Positions 1 to 8,892 of a stretch of DNA of 36,668 bases are shown here, in pieces. A program made the position numbers and the translations under genes. Within the stretch, counting starts at the first letter, position 1. Each line of letters starts with the position of its first letter. The notes below the pieces were generated by a model. It was not told where the DNA came from. It saw nothing but the letters and a program-made list of their open reading frames with translations, and ran no database searches. The stretch is from a virus (Duplodnaviria > Caudoviricetes), in the IMG/VR virus record IMGVR_UViG_3300036945_000039, positions 1 to 36,668 of that record; one strand, written 5' to 3'.

Positions 1-127
1 CGGATTTAAAAAAGTTCTGTAGGGCTAACGCATCAACAGCGATAGTTAGTCCAATCAGAGGCGCAATAGACCCAATAGCTATGGCAATGGCTGAAGGGCG
101 ACGAGAAGTATTCTTGCGCATCATGGC
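1..127. repeat. Terminal direct repeat, copy 1 (assembly overlap of a circular contig)
   Basis: 1-127 is identical to 36542-36668. The length matches a k=127 assembler overlap, and an ORF reads through the join. Confidence 0.95.
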
Positions 128-188
128 ACATCTTCATATTGAAGACCGTGTTATTTTTAATCTAAACGAGGATAATCAAGATGAGTGA
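3..188 (+). CDS. 3' part of the same Bbp19-like gene
   Basis: In-frame continuation ...DLKKFCRANAST...NLNEDNQDE*, stop TGA at 186-188 overlapping the scaffold start. Confidence 0.75.
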   Translation, partial: DLKKFCRANASTAIVSPIRGAIDPIAMAMAEGRREVFLRIMAHLHIEDRVIFNLNEDNQDE

Positions 189-1002
189 ATTAGGGTCAGT
201 AGATACTGGCAACCCTTCTGGTGCAGCGCCAGCAGGTACGCCAGCTCCAGCACAACCACAATGGTATGACGCATTACCAGAAGATACACGTGGATTGATT
301 CAAAACAAAGGGTGGAAAGACCCATCAGACGTAATCAACAGCTACTCTAATTTAGAGAAGTTATTGGGTGCTGATAAAGCAGGTAGAGGTTTGGTATTAC
401 CTAAAGAAGATGCAGATGCGTCTGAATGGGGTAAGGTTTATGACCGTTTAGGTCGCCCAACCAGCCCAGATGGATATAAGTTACCAGTTCCAGACGGTGA
501 TACAGGTGAGTTTGCTAAGGTGGCAGCAGGTAAGTTCCATGAATTAGGGCTTACTGCACGTCAAGCTGAGCAATTGGCTGACTGGTATAACCAACAAGCT
601 GGTGGCATGCAACAACAGTCAACGCAGCAGTTATTGGTGCAGTCTGAGCAAGAGATGGCAAGTCTTGAAGGTGAATGGGGTCAGGAATATGACGCTAACA
701 TTGAAGCAAGCCGTCGTGCCGTACGTGAATTTGGGTTCAATCAAGACGAATTGGATGCAATGGAGCGTGGTTTAGGTACTGCTAACATGATGAAGAAGTT
801 TGCCGAGATTGGTAAACGATTAGGTGAAAGCCAATTTGTAGAGGGTAAAAACTCTGGCAACTTTGGTATGTCGCCTGAAGCTGCACGTGTTCGCATTTCA
901 GCCCTTAAACAAGACCCAGATTGGACAGCTAAATACTTAGGCGGCAACGCTGATGCTAAGGCTGAGCTAGAGCGTCTAATGAAAGTTGGATACCCAAGCT
1001 AA
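181..1002 (+). CDS. Capsid assembly/scaffolding protein
   Basis: Lies between portal and major capsid genes. Pro/Ala-rich N-terminus, helical acidic body, 'L..EWG..YD.N...A.RA' motif; GAGGA RBS upstream. Confidence 0.75.
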   Translation: MSELGSVDTGNPSGAAPAGTPAPAQPQWYDALPEDTRGLIQNKGWKDPSDVINSYSNLEKLLGADKAGRGLVLPKEDADASEWGKVYDRLGRPTSPDGYKLPVPDGDTGEFAKVAAGKFHELGLTARQAEQLADWYNQQAGGMQQQSTQQLLVQSEQEMASLEGEWGQEYDANIEASRRAVREFGFNQDELDAMERGLGTANMMKKFAEIGKRLGESQFVEGKNSGNFGMSPEAARVRISALKQDPDWTAKYLGGNADAKAELERLMKVGYPS

Positions 1003-1166
1003 TGAATACTTGCGAAATTAAATTGAAGTGTTTAGAATTAGCTCATCGTAGCGATTTACCACCAGTGGAAGTCGTTGCGAGAGCTGAAATATATCGTAGG
1101 TATATTGAAGACGTGGCAGAGCCGAAAGGCTCTAAATCTGGACAAGTAAAGCCAAGACCCCAGTGA
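1002..1166 (+). CDS. Small hypothetical protein (54 aa, not in the ORF track)
   Basis: TAATG coupling to the scaffold stop; MNTCEIKLKCLELAHRSDLPPVEVVARAEIYRRYIEDV... Confidence 0.6.
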   Translation: MNTCEIKLKCLELAHRSDLPPVEVVARAEIYRRYIEDVAEPKGSKSGQVKPRPQ

Positions 1167-1238
1167 CAAGGTGAAAGCACCAAGGGTGGCACACTTTACG
1201 TGCCAAGGAATTCCCTGCGAGAGCAGACAAGATGTTCC
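1118..1238 (+). ncRNA. Structured leader upstream of the major capsid gene (putative cis-regulatory RNA)
   Basis: Four consecutive stems: AGAGCC-GAAA-GGCTCT (1118-1133); ACCC..GGTG-AAAG-CACC..GGGT (1157-1187); TGGCAC-actttac-GTGCCA (1187-1205); GGAAT..CTGC-GAGA-GCAG..GTTCC (1207-1238). Confidence 0.55.
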
Positions 1239-1279
1239 GAAACTAAGGTAATTTTTTAACTTTTTTCTAGGGGGACATT

Positions 1280-2161
1280 ATGTCTTTTCAAGTAAATACA
1301 CATTTCGTACAACAATACAGTACGAATGTTCAGTTGTTATTGCAACAAAAGGGTTCTAAATTGCGTAATGCAGTTACAGTTGGTTCTTACACAGGTAAGG
1401 CTGCTAAAGCTGTTGAGCAAGTTGGAGCAGTTAACGCTGTTAAACGTACAGCTCGTCACGGTGACACACCACTTATTTCAACTCCTGCTGATGCACGTTG
1501 GGTATTCCCAACTGACTACGAATGGGCTGACTTAATTGATGACCAAGACAAACTACGCATGTTGATTGACCCACAATCATCTTATGCACAGAACGGTGCT
1601 TACGCATTGGGTCGTGCAATGGATGACGAAATCATCGCTGCTATGTTTGCTGACAGCAAGACTGGCGAAAACGGTAGCACAAACACATCATTCCTATCAG
1701 CTAACCAAGTTGCTGTAGGTTACGGTGCGTCTGGCGCAACTGGCTTGAACATCGCTAAGTTACGTGAAGCAAAACGTATCCTTATGGCTGGTGAAGTTGA
1801 CGTTGACAATGAGCAATTATTTGCCGTTATCACTGCTCAGCAACACGATGACCTATTGTCTGAAGCACAAGCTATTAGCTTAGATTACAACACTCGCCCA
1901 GTATTGGTAGATGGTCGTATCACAGCTTTCATGGGCTTTAACTTCATTCATTGTGAGCGCTTGACTGCCGATGCTTCTACGTATCGTCGTGTTCCAGTGT
2001 TCGCTAAGTCAGGCTTACATTTAGGTATGTGGAATGACATCAATACAATGGTTTCTGAGCGTGCTGATAAGGGCTATGCAACTCAAGTGTACGTAAAAGG
2101 TACATTCGGTGCTACTCGTACAGAAGAGAAGAAAATCGTTGAAATTAAGTGTGCTGAATAA
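1280..2161 (+). CDS. Major capsid protein
   Basis: 293 aa; N-terminal 'FVQQYSTNVQLLLQQKGSKLR', 'ALGRAMDDEII', C-terminal 'GATRTEEKKIVEIKC' pattern of podovirus capsids; strong RBS (AGGGGA) and highly biased codons. Confidence 0.9.
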   Translation: MSFQVNTHFVQQYSTNVQLLLQQKGSKLRNAVTVGSYTGKAAKAVEQVGAVNAVKRTARHGDTPLISTPADARWVFPTDYEWADLIDDQDKLRMLIDPQSSYAQNGAYALGRAMDDEIIAAMFADSKTGENGSTNTSFLSANQVAVGYGASGATGLNIAKLREAKRILMAGEVDVDNEQLFAVITAQQHDDLLSEAQAISLDYNTRPVLVDGRITAFMGFNFIHCERLTADASTYRRVPVFAKSGLHLGMWNDINTMVSERADKGYATQVYVKGTFGATRTEEKKIVEIKCAE

Positions 2162-2172
2162 GGAGAACTGAC

Positions 2173-2586
2173 ATGGCAACAACATACTCAAATGATATTT
2201 CTGGTGCTTATGCAACTCCAGCTACAGCAGTTTCTGGCTCAACAGTAGGCGGTCGTGTTCGTCGTCTACGTGGCGTTATCACATTGGCTTCTCAAGCTGA
2301 CGGTGACGTTATTGTTCTAGGCAAGTTACCTGCTGGTGCTGTATTCGCATACGGTGTTCTTAATGCAAGCGCTACTCTCAGCACAGCTACTATTGCTGTA
2401 GGTACTGCTGGTAAGTATCGTGCTGCTGCTGTATTCACTGCTGCTGCTCCAACAATCTTTGGTACATCTACATCTGTTGATGATGCACCTTTGACTGCTG
2501 AAGAAGAAGTAATGGTTACTGTAGGCACTGCTGCTCTACCATCAAGCGGTACTTTGATTGTAGACTTGTATTACTCAGCACCTTAA
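2173..2586 (+). CDS. Probable capsid decoration/cement protein
   Basis: 137 aa, Ala/Thr/Gly-rich and beta-strand-like; immediately after the capsid gene and before the hairpin at 2598, the position of the cement gene in BPP-1/epsilon15. Confidence 0.6.
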   Translation: MATTYSNDISGAYATPATAVSGSTVGGRVRRLRGVITLASQADGDVIVLGKLPAGAVFAYGVLNASATLSTATIAVGTAGKYRAAAVFTAAAPTIFGTSTSVDDAPLTAEEEVMVTVGTAALPSSGTLIVDLYYSAP

Positions 2587-2597
2587 TGCTGTAAAAC

Positions 2598-2629
2598 GAT
2601 AGGGGGTGGCTTCGGTCATCCCCATCTTC
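2598..2629 (+). terminator. cUUCGg hairpin after the capsid genes; probably a leaky terminator or mRNA-stabilising stem
   Basis: GGGGGTGGC-TTCG-GTCATCCCC 9-bp stem with only a weak U tract (ATCTTC); same position as T7 T-phi. Confidence 0.6.
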
Positions 2630-2642
2630 ACTGGAGAAAATC

Positions 2643-2831
2643 ATGGCATCACGTTACTACGCATTAGATTTAGGTGGCGACATCACTGAAGTGGCTGAAG
2701 GTTCATCAACACAGTCTAAGACTGTAGAGATTGCAATTGATTTGGCTGACGGTGCAACTCGTCAAGAAGTTTTTAATGCTATTGAAAACATTAAGAACTA
2801 CATTCTGCAAGACATTTATCCACCAGCTTAA
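2643..2831 (+). CDS. Small virion-module protein
   Basis: 62-aa ORF with GGAGA RBS inside the structural operon. Confidence 0.65.
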   Translation: MASRYYALDLGGDITEVAEGSSTQSKTVEIAIDLADGATRQEVFNAIENIKNYILQDIYPPA

Positions 2832-2844
2832 TTAGGAGCTGACA

Positions 2845-3444
2845 ATGGCATCACAAGTTGAGATTGCCAACCGTGCATTAACCAAGTTAGGTGCTGCACG
2901 GATTATTTCGTTTGGCGATGACAATAAGCAGTCACGTGCTATATCGTCAATGTTTGACCATGTGTATAAGAGCGAATTACGTACACGTGTTTGGAGCTTC
3001 AGCAAGAAGCGTACATCATTACCTGCTTTAGCAACTACTCCAGCATGGGGTTTTGCCTATGAATATCAATTGCCAGCAGATTTCATCCGTCTTTTACAGG
3101 TAGATGAGATTTATACAGGCGTTTTCTTGGATGATTATGTCAACGGTGACACGTCTGAATACGCTATTGAAGGCAATAAGATTCTCACAGACTTTGCTGC
3201 TCCGCTAAAGATTAAGTATTGCGCTGACATAGTAGATACTACTCAGTGGGATGTTACCTTTGTAGAAGCAATTGCATCACGTTTGGCTTATGAATTGGCA
3301 GAAGATTTAACTCAGTCTAACCAAAAGAAGGCTGACGCTTATACAGACTATCAACGTGCGATGAGCGCTGCGATTAAATCTAACGCTGTAGAGATTCCAC
3401 CTCAGCAGGTGGCGGATAATACTTGGATTATGTCTAGGTTATGA
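2845..3444 (+). CDS. Tail tubular protein A / adaptor (T7 gp11-like)
   Basis: 'MASQVEIANRALTKLGA..I.SF', 'W.F..KR..L', 'YQLPADFIRLL', 'F.EAIA.RLA.ELA' motifs; 199 aa. Confidence 0.85.
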   Translation: MASQVEIANRALTKLGAARIISFGDDNKQSRAISSMFDHVYKSELRTRVWSFSKKRTSLPALATTPAWGFAYEYQLPADFIRLLQVDEIYTGVFLDDYVNGDTSEYAIEGNKILTDFAAPLKIKYCADIVDTTQWDVTFVEAIASRLAYELAEDLTQSNQKKADAYTDYQRAMSAAIKSNAVEIPPQQVADNTWIMSRL

Positions 3445-4031
3445 CAGCCGTATATGTTGAACGTGAATCTCATACCACCGACGCTCGGTTTTCAGCTTTA
3501 ACCGTAAAGGATAAAGACGACAGGCAGCGTGTTGCAGGTTCAGATTACCCAGCGCCAATAGCTGATATTAACCATGTCAGGCTGCATGAAGGTAGAGCGT
3601 TTAGTGCATTTAAGTTATATCCACCTAATGCTGGTTTAGCTGCAGGTGCAAACCTAGATATGGTGCTTTCAACTGGCGCATCAGTCAATCCACATATTAT
3701 TTTGCAAGCGCATTGTGACCAAAATGCCATTGTTTATTTCTATGAGGATGTCACAGTAACATCTGGCGGCACATTGTTCGTGCCAATTAACCGTAATAGA
3801 ACATCAACAACGGCGGCAAATAGTGGTGTTTTAATTAACCCAACGCTAACTATCAACAATGGTGTTATTTACGAAGAATATTTATCAGCAGGTGATAGTA
3901 AAAAAGCTGCTGGTGGTGGCGCATATTCATTTGAGTTTGTGCTAAAAAGCAACATGTCGTATTTGTTTAGATTAACCAACGTAGGCAGTGCTGCTGCCGC
4001 TACGTTTATGTCACTGGAGTGGTACGAATAA
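3441..4031 (+). CDS. Hypothetical virion-module protein (beta-rich)
   Basis: 196 aa, coupled on both sides (ATGA, TAATG), between the tail tubular A and B genes. Confidence 0.6.
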   Translation: MTAVYVERESHTTDARFSALTVKDKDDRQRVAGSDYPAPIADINHVRLHEGRAFSAFKLYPPNAGLAAGANLDMVLSTGASVNPHIILQAHCDQNAIVYFYEDVTVTSGGTLFVPINRNRTSTTAANSGVLINPTLTINNGVIYEEYLSAGDSKKAAGGGAYSFEFVLKSNMSYLFRLTNVGSAAAATFMSLEWYE

Positions 4032-6373
4032 TGGCAAAAGCTAGTCCTATTCAAACGTCTTTTAACTCTGGTGAATTCAGCCCAACGCTTGAAGGGCGTG
4101 TTGACGTTGCTAAATACAACACTTCATGCAAAACACTAACTAACTTTATTCCAATGATTCAAGGTCCAGCACGTCGTCGTTCTGGCACTGTATTTGTGAA
4201 TGAGGTTAAAGATTCTGCTGACCGTACATGGTTAGTACGCTTTGAATTTTCTGCTGACCAAGCCTACATCCTAGAATTTGGTGACCAATACATCCGCTTT
4301 TACACGAATCACGGTCAATTAGTGACTGGCACTGTAACGGCATGGAGCAATGCAACTGCTTATGTAGAAGGCAGCCTAGCATCAAGACTTGGCGTTAATT
4401 ACTATTGTAAGGTGGCGCATACTAATCAGCAGCCGCCTAATGCGACTTACTGGTATCCACTTGCAGGTGACGTTTATGAGATTCCTTCTCCGTACGCTGT
4501 GGCTGATTTGGTTGATAGTCTTGGGCAATTTACTTTACGAATGGTACAGTCTGCTGATGTCATCTACATTTGCCATCCAGATTATAAAACTCGCAAGTTA
4601 TTAAGATACAGCGCAACTCGCTGGGCAATTGATGAGCTTGAGCCGTTAGAAGGACCATTTGAAGATATTGAGATTGACAATCCTATAACCGTTTACTCAT
4701 CTGGCGAAACTGGCACGGTCACTTTGACTGCTAGTGCAGCTACGTTTGTATCAACTGATGTCGGTTCTTTGTTCTTCATGGAGCAAAAACTTGTAGATAT
4801 TATCAAGCAATGGGAATCAGGCAAGTCTATTTCTGCTGGTGACCGTCGCAGGTCTGACGGCAAGACATACGAAGCATTAAATACTGCAACAACTGGCGTT
4901 AACAAACCTACGCATAGTCTTGGCGCTGAGTATGACGGTGATACTGGCGTTCAATGGGCGTTCCGTGATGCAGGTTATGGCTACGTCAAGATTACTGGCT
5001 TTACCAATTCCACGACTGTAACGGCTGAAGTGCAGTCAAGATTACCTTCTGGCTGCGTTGGCTCAGGCAATGCGACTACTCGTTGGGCGCATGGCAAGTG
5101 GTCTGAAACCAGAGGATACCCAGAGCAGGTGGCGTTCTTCCGTGAGCGTCTAGTGTTTACTAAGGGTCAAGATGTAGAGATGTCAGTAGTTGGTGACTTT
5201 GAAAACTTTGCACGTAAGAATTCTAGCGGTGAAGTAGTAACTGACCAAGCCATCTCAATCCGCATTTCATCTGACCAAGTAAACGAAGTGCAGTGGTTAT
5301 CGCCATCTAAGGGATTATTGCTAGGTACAACTGGCGGTGAGTACGTTATCAAAGAATTGACTACCAATGAAGCATTTGGTCCAGCTAACGTCACTGTAGT
5401 AAACCAGTCGCCATTCGGTTCACGTGCCGTAGTGCCAGTGCAGGTAGGTGAAGCGGTGTTATTTGTGCAGCGCTCAGGTCGCAAGCTGCGTGAATTGATG
5501 TATGACTTTGGTTCTGACAGCTACAAGTCTATTGATACCACTGTTTTATCTGAGCATATTACCTTTGGCGGCATCACTGACTTGGTTTACCAGCAAGAAC
5601 CTCATTCAATCGTATGGGCGGTACGTACTGACGGCACATTACTAGGGTTTACATACAATAAAGAGCAGGATGTATTGGGTTGGCACAAGCATGAGATTGG
5701 TGGCGACGGTATTGTTGAGTGCGTAGAATCAATCCCTTGTCCAGATAAAGACCAAGATGACCTATGGATGATTGTAAGACGCACAATTGACGGCTCTACA
5801 AAACGATATATTGAATATTTAGGAAAAGACTTTGGAGATGAAACTGATATTGAAGACGCTTTCTTTGTTGATTGCGGTCTTACTTATGACGGCTCTCCTA
5901 ACGACACAATCTCAGGTCTTGGTCACTTAGAAGGCGAAACTGTAGCTGTATTGGCTGACGGCGCATCACATCCGAACCGTGTTGTGACCAGTGGCAGCAT
6001 TACTTTGGCACGTGACGCAAGTGTTGTGCATGTCGGATACGCTTGCCCAGCCATTTTGACTACTCAGCGCATCAATGCTGGTGGCGCAGACGGTACTTCT
6101 CAGGGTAAAACTAAGCGCATCACGAAGGTGGTGATTAGATTCTTGAGAACATTGGGCGCAAGAGCTGGATTCTCTCCTACAGAATTAGACGAGATTCAAT
6201 TCCGTAGCGGCTCAGACCCTATGGATACAGCTCCACCAGTGTTTACAGGCGACAAATTATTAGAGTGGAATGGTGGTTATGACTTTGATGGTTATATTAC
6301 AATCAAGCAAGAACAGCCATTACCAATGACTGTGACAGCTATCATGCCGCAAGTTGTTACTCAGGACAGATAA
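4031..6373 (+). CDS. Tail tubular protein B / nozzle (T7 gp12-like)
   Basis: Start revised to 4031 (TAATG). 'IQTSFNSGEFSP.L.GR.D', 'QSADVIYICHP', 'GYPEQVAFFRERLVF', 'LFVQRSGRKLRE', 'GLGHLEGETVAVLADG' motifs; about 780 aa. Confidence 0.88.
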   Translation: MAKASPIQTSFNSGEFSPTLEGRVDVAKYNTSCKTLTNFIPMIQGPARRRSGTVFVNEVKDSADRTWLVRFEFSADQAYILEFGDQYIRFYTNHGQLVTGTVTAWSNATAYVEGSLASRLGVNYYCKVAHTNQQPPNATYWYPLAGDVYEIPSPYAVADLVDSLGQFTLRMVQSADVIYICHPDYKTRKLLRYSATRWAIDELEPLEGPFEDIEIDNPITVYSSGETGTVTLTASAATFVSTDVGSLFFMEQKLVDIIKQWESGKSISAGDRRRSDGKTYEALNTATTGVNKPTHSLGAEYDGDTGVQWAFRDAGYGYVKITGFTNSTTVTAEVQSRLPSGCVGSGNATTRWAHGKWSETRGYPEQVAFFRERLVFTKGQDVEMSVVGDFENFARKNSSGEVVTDQAISIRISSDQVNEVQWLSPSKGLLLGTTGGEYVIKELTTNEAFGPANVTVVNQSPFGSRAVVPVQVGEAVLFVQRSGRKLRELMYDFGSDSYKSIDTTVLSEHITFGGITDLVYQQEPHSIVWAVRTDGTLLGFTYNKEQDVLGWHKHEIGGDGIVECVESIPCPDKDQDDLWMIVRRTIDGSTKRYIEYLGKDFGDETDIEDAFFVDCGLTYDGSPNDTISGLGHLEGETVAVLADGASHPNRVVTSGSITLARDASVVHVGYACPAILTTQRINAGGADGTSQGKTKRITKVVIRFLRTLGARAGFSPTELDEIQFRSGSDPMDTAPPVFTGDKLLEWNGGYDFDGYITIKQEQPLPMTVTAIMPQVVTQDR

Positions 6374-6804
6374 TGATTATCGTACCGTTTAAAGCTGAAC
6401 ATCTACACACTTTGAACCTACAATCAGCTCAAGCGCTGTTTGGTCCACTACTAACCGATGCAGAATACGGTAAATCACTAGAAGATGCTGGCAATGCTTT
6501 TACAGGAATTGTTGATGGTGAAACAATTATCTGTTCAGGAGTGGTAGAACAGTGGCAAAATAGAGCCGTGGCGTGGGCTTTAATATCTGAGAATTCTGGC
6601 AAACATTTTGTAGCGATTCACAAAGCGGTGAGCAGATTCTTGAAGGTATGCGATTACAGACGTGTAGAAGCCTATGTAGATGATAGATTTGAACAGGGGT
6701 ATCGTTGGATGGATATGCTAGGTTTTAAACATGAAGGATTCATGGAAGCATTTTCTCCTAACGGCTCTAGTATGCACTTATATGCAAAGGTGAAACATGG
6801 CTGA
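6373..6804 (+). CDS. GNAT-fold internal virion/assembly protein (T7 gp13-like position)
   Basis: 143 aa after the nozzle gene; C-terminal 'RW..MLGF..EG.M' GNAT-type motif. Confidence 0.65.
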   Translation: MIIVPFKAEHLHTLNLQSAQALFGPLLTDAEYGKSLEDAGNAFTGIVDGETIICSGVVEQWQNRAVAWALISENSGKHFVAIHKAVSRFLKVCDYRRVEAYVDDRFEQGYRWMDMLGFKHEGFMEAFSPNGSSMHLYAKVKHG

Positions 6805-7399
6805 CCCAATAACCATTGCCCTTGTTGCATCAGCAGCAACGGCAGCAGTAGGCGCTGTAGCTGAAGGGCAAGCGCAAAAAGAAGCGTATAAAGCTCAGGC
6901 GAACGTAAACGAATACAACGCCAAAGTATCTGACATGAACGCTCAGATTGCACGAAACAATAGTTCTGTGCGAGAAGAAGCAATGCGACGTAAATCACGT
7001 CAGATTCTAGGTCAACAACGTGGCGCACTAGGTCAAGCTGGCATTGAGATGTCTGGTTCTGCTTTAGATATTGTGCAGCAATCTACGACAATGGCTGAGT
7101 TGGATGCGTTAAATACAAGATACGAAGGTGATTTACAGGCACGTGGCTTGATTGCTACTGCTGCTGGTGAGCGCTATCAAGCTGCCGCTAACCGTGTTAA
7201 TGCTAAGAACGCTCAGACTGCCAGCTTTATTAAGGCTGGTGCTGCTGTAGCTGGTGCGTATGCTACATCTACATACTTGAGTGCTGGTACTGCTGGCACT
7301 ACAGGCACTACAGGATTAGGTACGCAAGCTCTAGGAGCTAACCCTAGTGCTGCTACAGGCTATGGCGTAAGACCAACTGCATCAATAGGATTAAGATAA
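6797..7399 (+). CDS. Internal virion/ejection protein (gp14-like)
   Basis: Ala/Gly-rich hydrophobic N-terminus, 'GQQRGALGQAGIEMSGSALD' motif, conserved position. Confidence 0.7.
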   Translation: MADPITIALVASAATAAVGAVAEGQAQKEAYKAQANVNEYNAKVSDMNAQIARNNSSVREEAMRRKSRQILGQQRGALGQAGIEMSGSALDIVQQSTTMAELDALNTRYEGDLQARGLIATAAGERYQAAANRVNAKNAQTASFIKAGAAVAGAYATSTYLSAGTAGTTGTTGLGTQALGANPSAATGYGVRPTASIGLR

Positions 7400-8892
7400 T
7401 GGCACGTATTCCAGTTTACGAACAAACAACTACTCCTAGCGGTCTTATTCAAGGCGGTAAGTTAACGTCTGCTTACGTTGCATCGCCAGTAGGTAGGGCT
7501 ATTTCAGAAGTTGCTCAGGTTGGTCAGCAATTTGTTAAGGCATTTGACCATCAAGATGCGCTCATCGCTGAAGAGAAGCTAACCCAGCTACGTGAAGAAC
7601 AATCTCGTCTAGCAATGGATGAGAAGGAAGGTTTTTTAAATAAGCGTGGTAAGGATGCTATTGAGAAGGATGCCAACGGCAATACCCTTCAAGACCAATA
7701 CATGAACAAGTTTGGTGAATCAAAAGCTCGTATTTCAGCAGGAATGACTGAAAACCAGCTCATCAAATTTAACCAGAAATCACGTTTACTAGACCTAGAT
7801 TTTAAGCAGCAGATTCTCAAGCACACAATTAACGAAGCTGACAGATATGCTGACGATGTATTTAAGAATACTTTGACTGCTGAGCAGAATGTCTTAGGGC
7901 GTGATTATCAGAACCCAGTGACGTTCAAAGTATCAATGGATAGGGTTATGCAGTCTATCAATGCTTATGCTGATAGGAAGGGTTTAAGCGATGACCAGAG
8001 GGCTAACCTAATCTCAGAGCAGACTGGAAAGCTGCATGCGTCTGTTTTGACTGGTGCATTGGCTAACAAGAACGTAGCATTTGCTGAGAAATACATTAAA
8101 TCAGTTGAAGGTCAGCTAGATGCTGATGACAAATTGAAGTTTAATCACGTGTTGACGCAAGAAAAGAACCGTATTAAAGCTGAATCTAAAGATTATGCTG
8201 AAGGTACTATCTACAAAATGGTACTTGATGGCGCTAGTGACAGCGATATTATGAGTTCTCAGGCGTTTAAAGCGCTTGACCCTAAAGCTAAAATTGAAAT
8301 GATGGGTAGTTTTAACCGTGCCAGAGATGTGCGTGCTGAATATACGCCAGAGATTTACGCTAAATTCTATGAATTATCTACAAATCCTGAGCAGTTAAAG
8401 TCAATGACGAGAGAGCAGATATTTGCTAAGACACCAGAGCTAGGCAGAACAATGGTTGGTCAATTGCTTAAAAAGAAGGCAGACATTGATTCCAGTCCTG
8501 AAGCAGTTAACATTGATAATAACCAGCTCAAGCAGATTGCTGCTGAATACGGCATTAAGAACAAAGACAAGCTAGGCAAGGTTGAGCATGACATCAGCAT
8601 TTTGATTGATGCTGAGCAAGGTCGTCTTGGTAAAAAACTTAGCTATACAGAAAAAGAAGACTTTATTCGTAAAGCAATGGTCAAGATTCCAGTTGAAACT
8701 AAGGGCGTGTTATGGGGTACAAATGTTAAAGAAGTACCTCTTTATGAGTTGAATAAGATTAAAGAAACAGGTAACATTAAGATAGCTGCTGCTGATAGGA
8801 AAATAATTGTAGATAGTCTAGTGAAGAATGGTGTTACAGAGCCTACAGAAGCGCAGATTCTTAACGGTTACATCTTACTCAAGAAGAAATAA
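7399..8892 (+). CDS. Internal virion/ejection protein (gp15-like)
   Basis: 'MARIPVYE' start, all-helical 497 aa, between the gp14-like and giant ejection genes. Confidence 0.65.
   Translation: MARIPVYEQTTTPSGLIQGGKLTSAYVASPVGRAISEVAQVGQQFVKAFDHQDALIAEEKLTQLREEQSRLAMDEKEGFLNKRGKDAIEKDANGNTLQDQYMNKFGESKARISAGMTENQLIKFNQKSRLLDLDFKQQILKHTINEADRYADDVFKNTLTAEQNVLGRDYQNPVTFKVSMDRVMQSINAYADRKGLSDDQRANLISEQTGKLHASVLTGALANKNVAFAEKYIKSVEGQLDADDKLKFNHVLTQEKNRIKAESKDYAEGTIYKMVLDGASDSDIMSSQAFKALDPKAKIEMMGSFNRARDVRAEYTPEIYAKFYELSTNPEQLKSMTREQIFAKTPELGRTMVGQLLKKKADIDSSPEAVNIDNNQLKQIAAEYGIKNKDKLGKVEHDISILIDAEQGRLGKKLSYTEKEDFIRKAMVKIPVETKGVLWGTNVKEVPLYELNKIKETGNIKIAAADRKIIVDSLVKNGVTEPTEAQILNGYILLKKK

Noticed and set aside
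1-127. Biological terminal repeat
   Set aside because: Exactly 127 bp and in the middle of a gene, so it is best explained as assembler k-mer overlap rather than a packaging end.
2130-2175. T7 10A/10B-type frameshift joining capsid and decoration genes
   Set aside because: No slippery heptamer near the capsid stop, and the next gene has its own AGGAG RBS.
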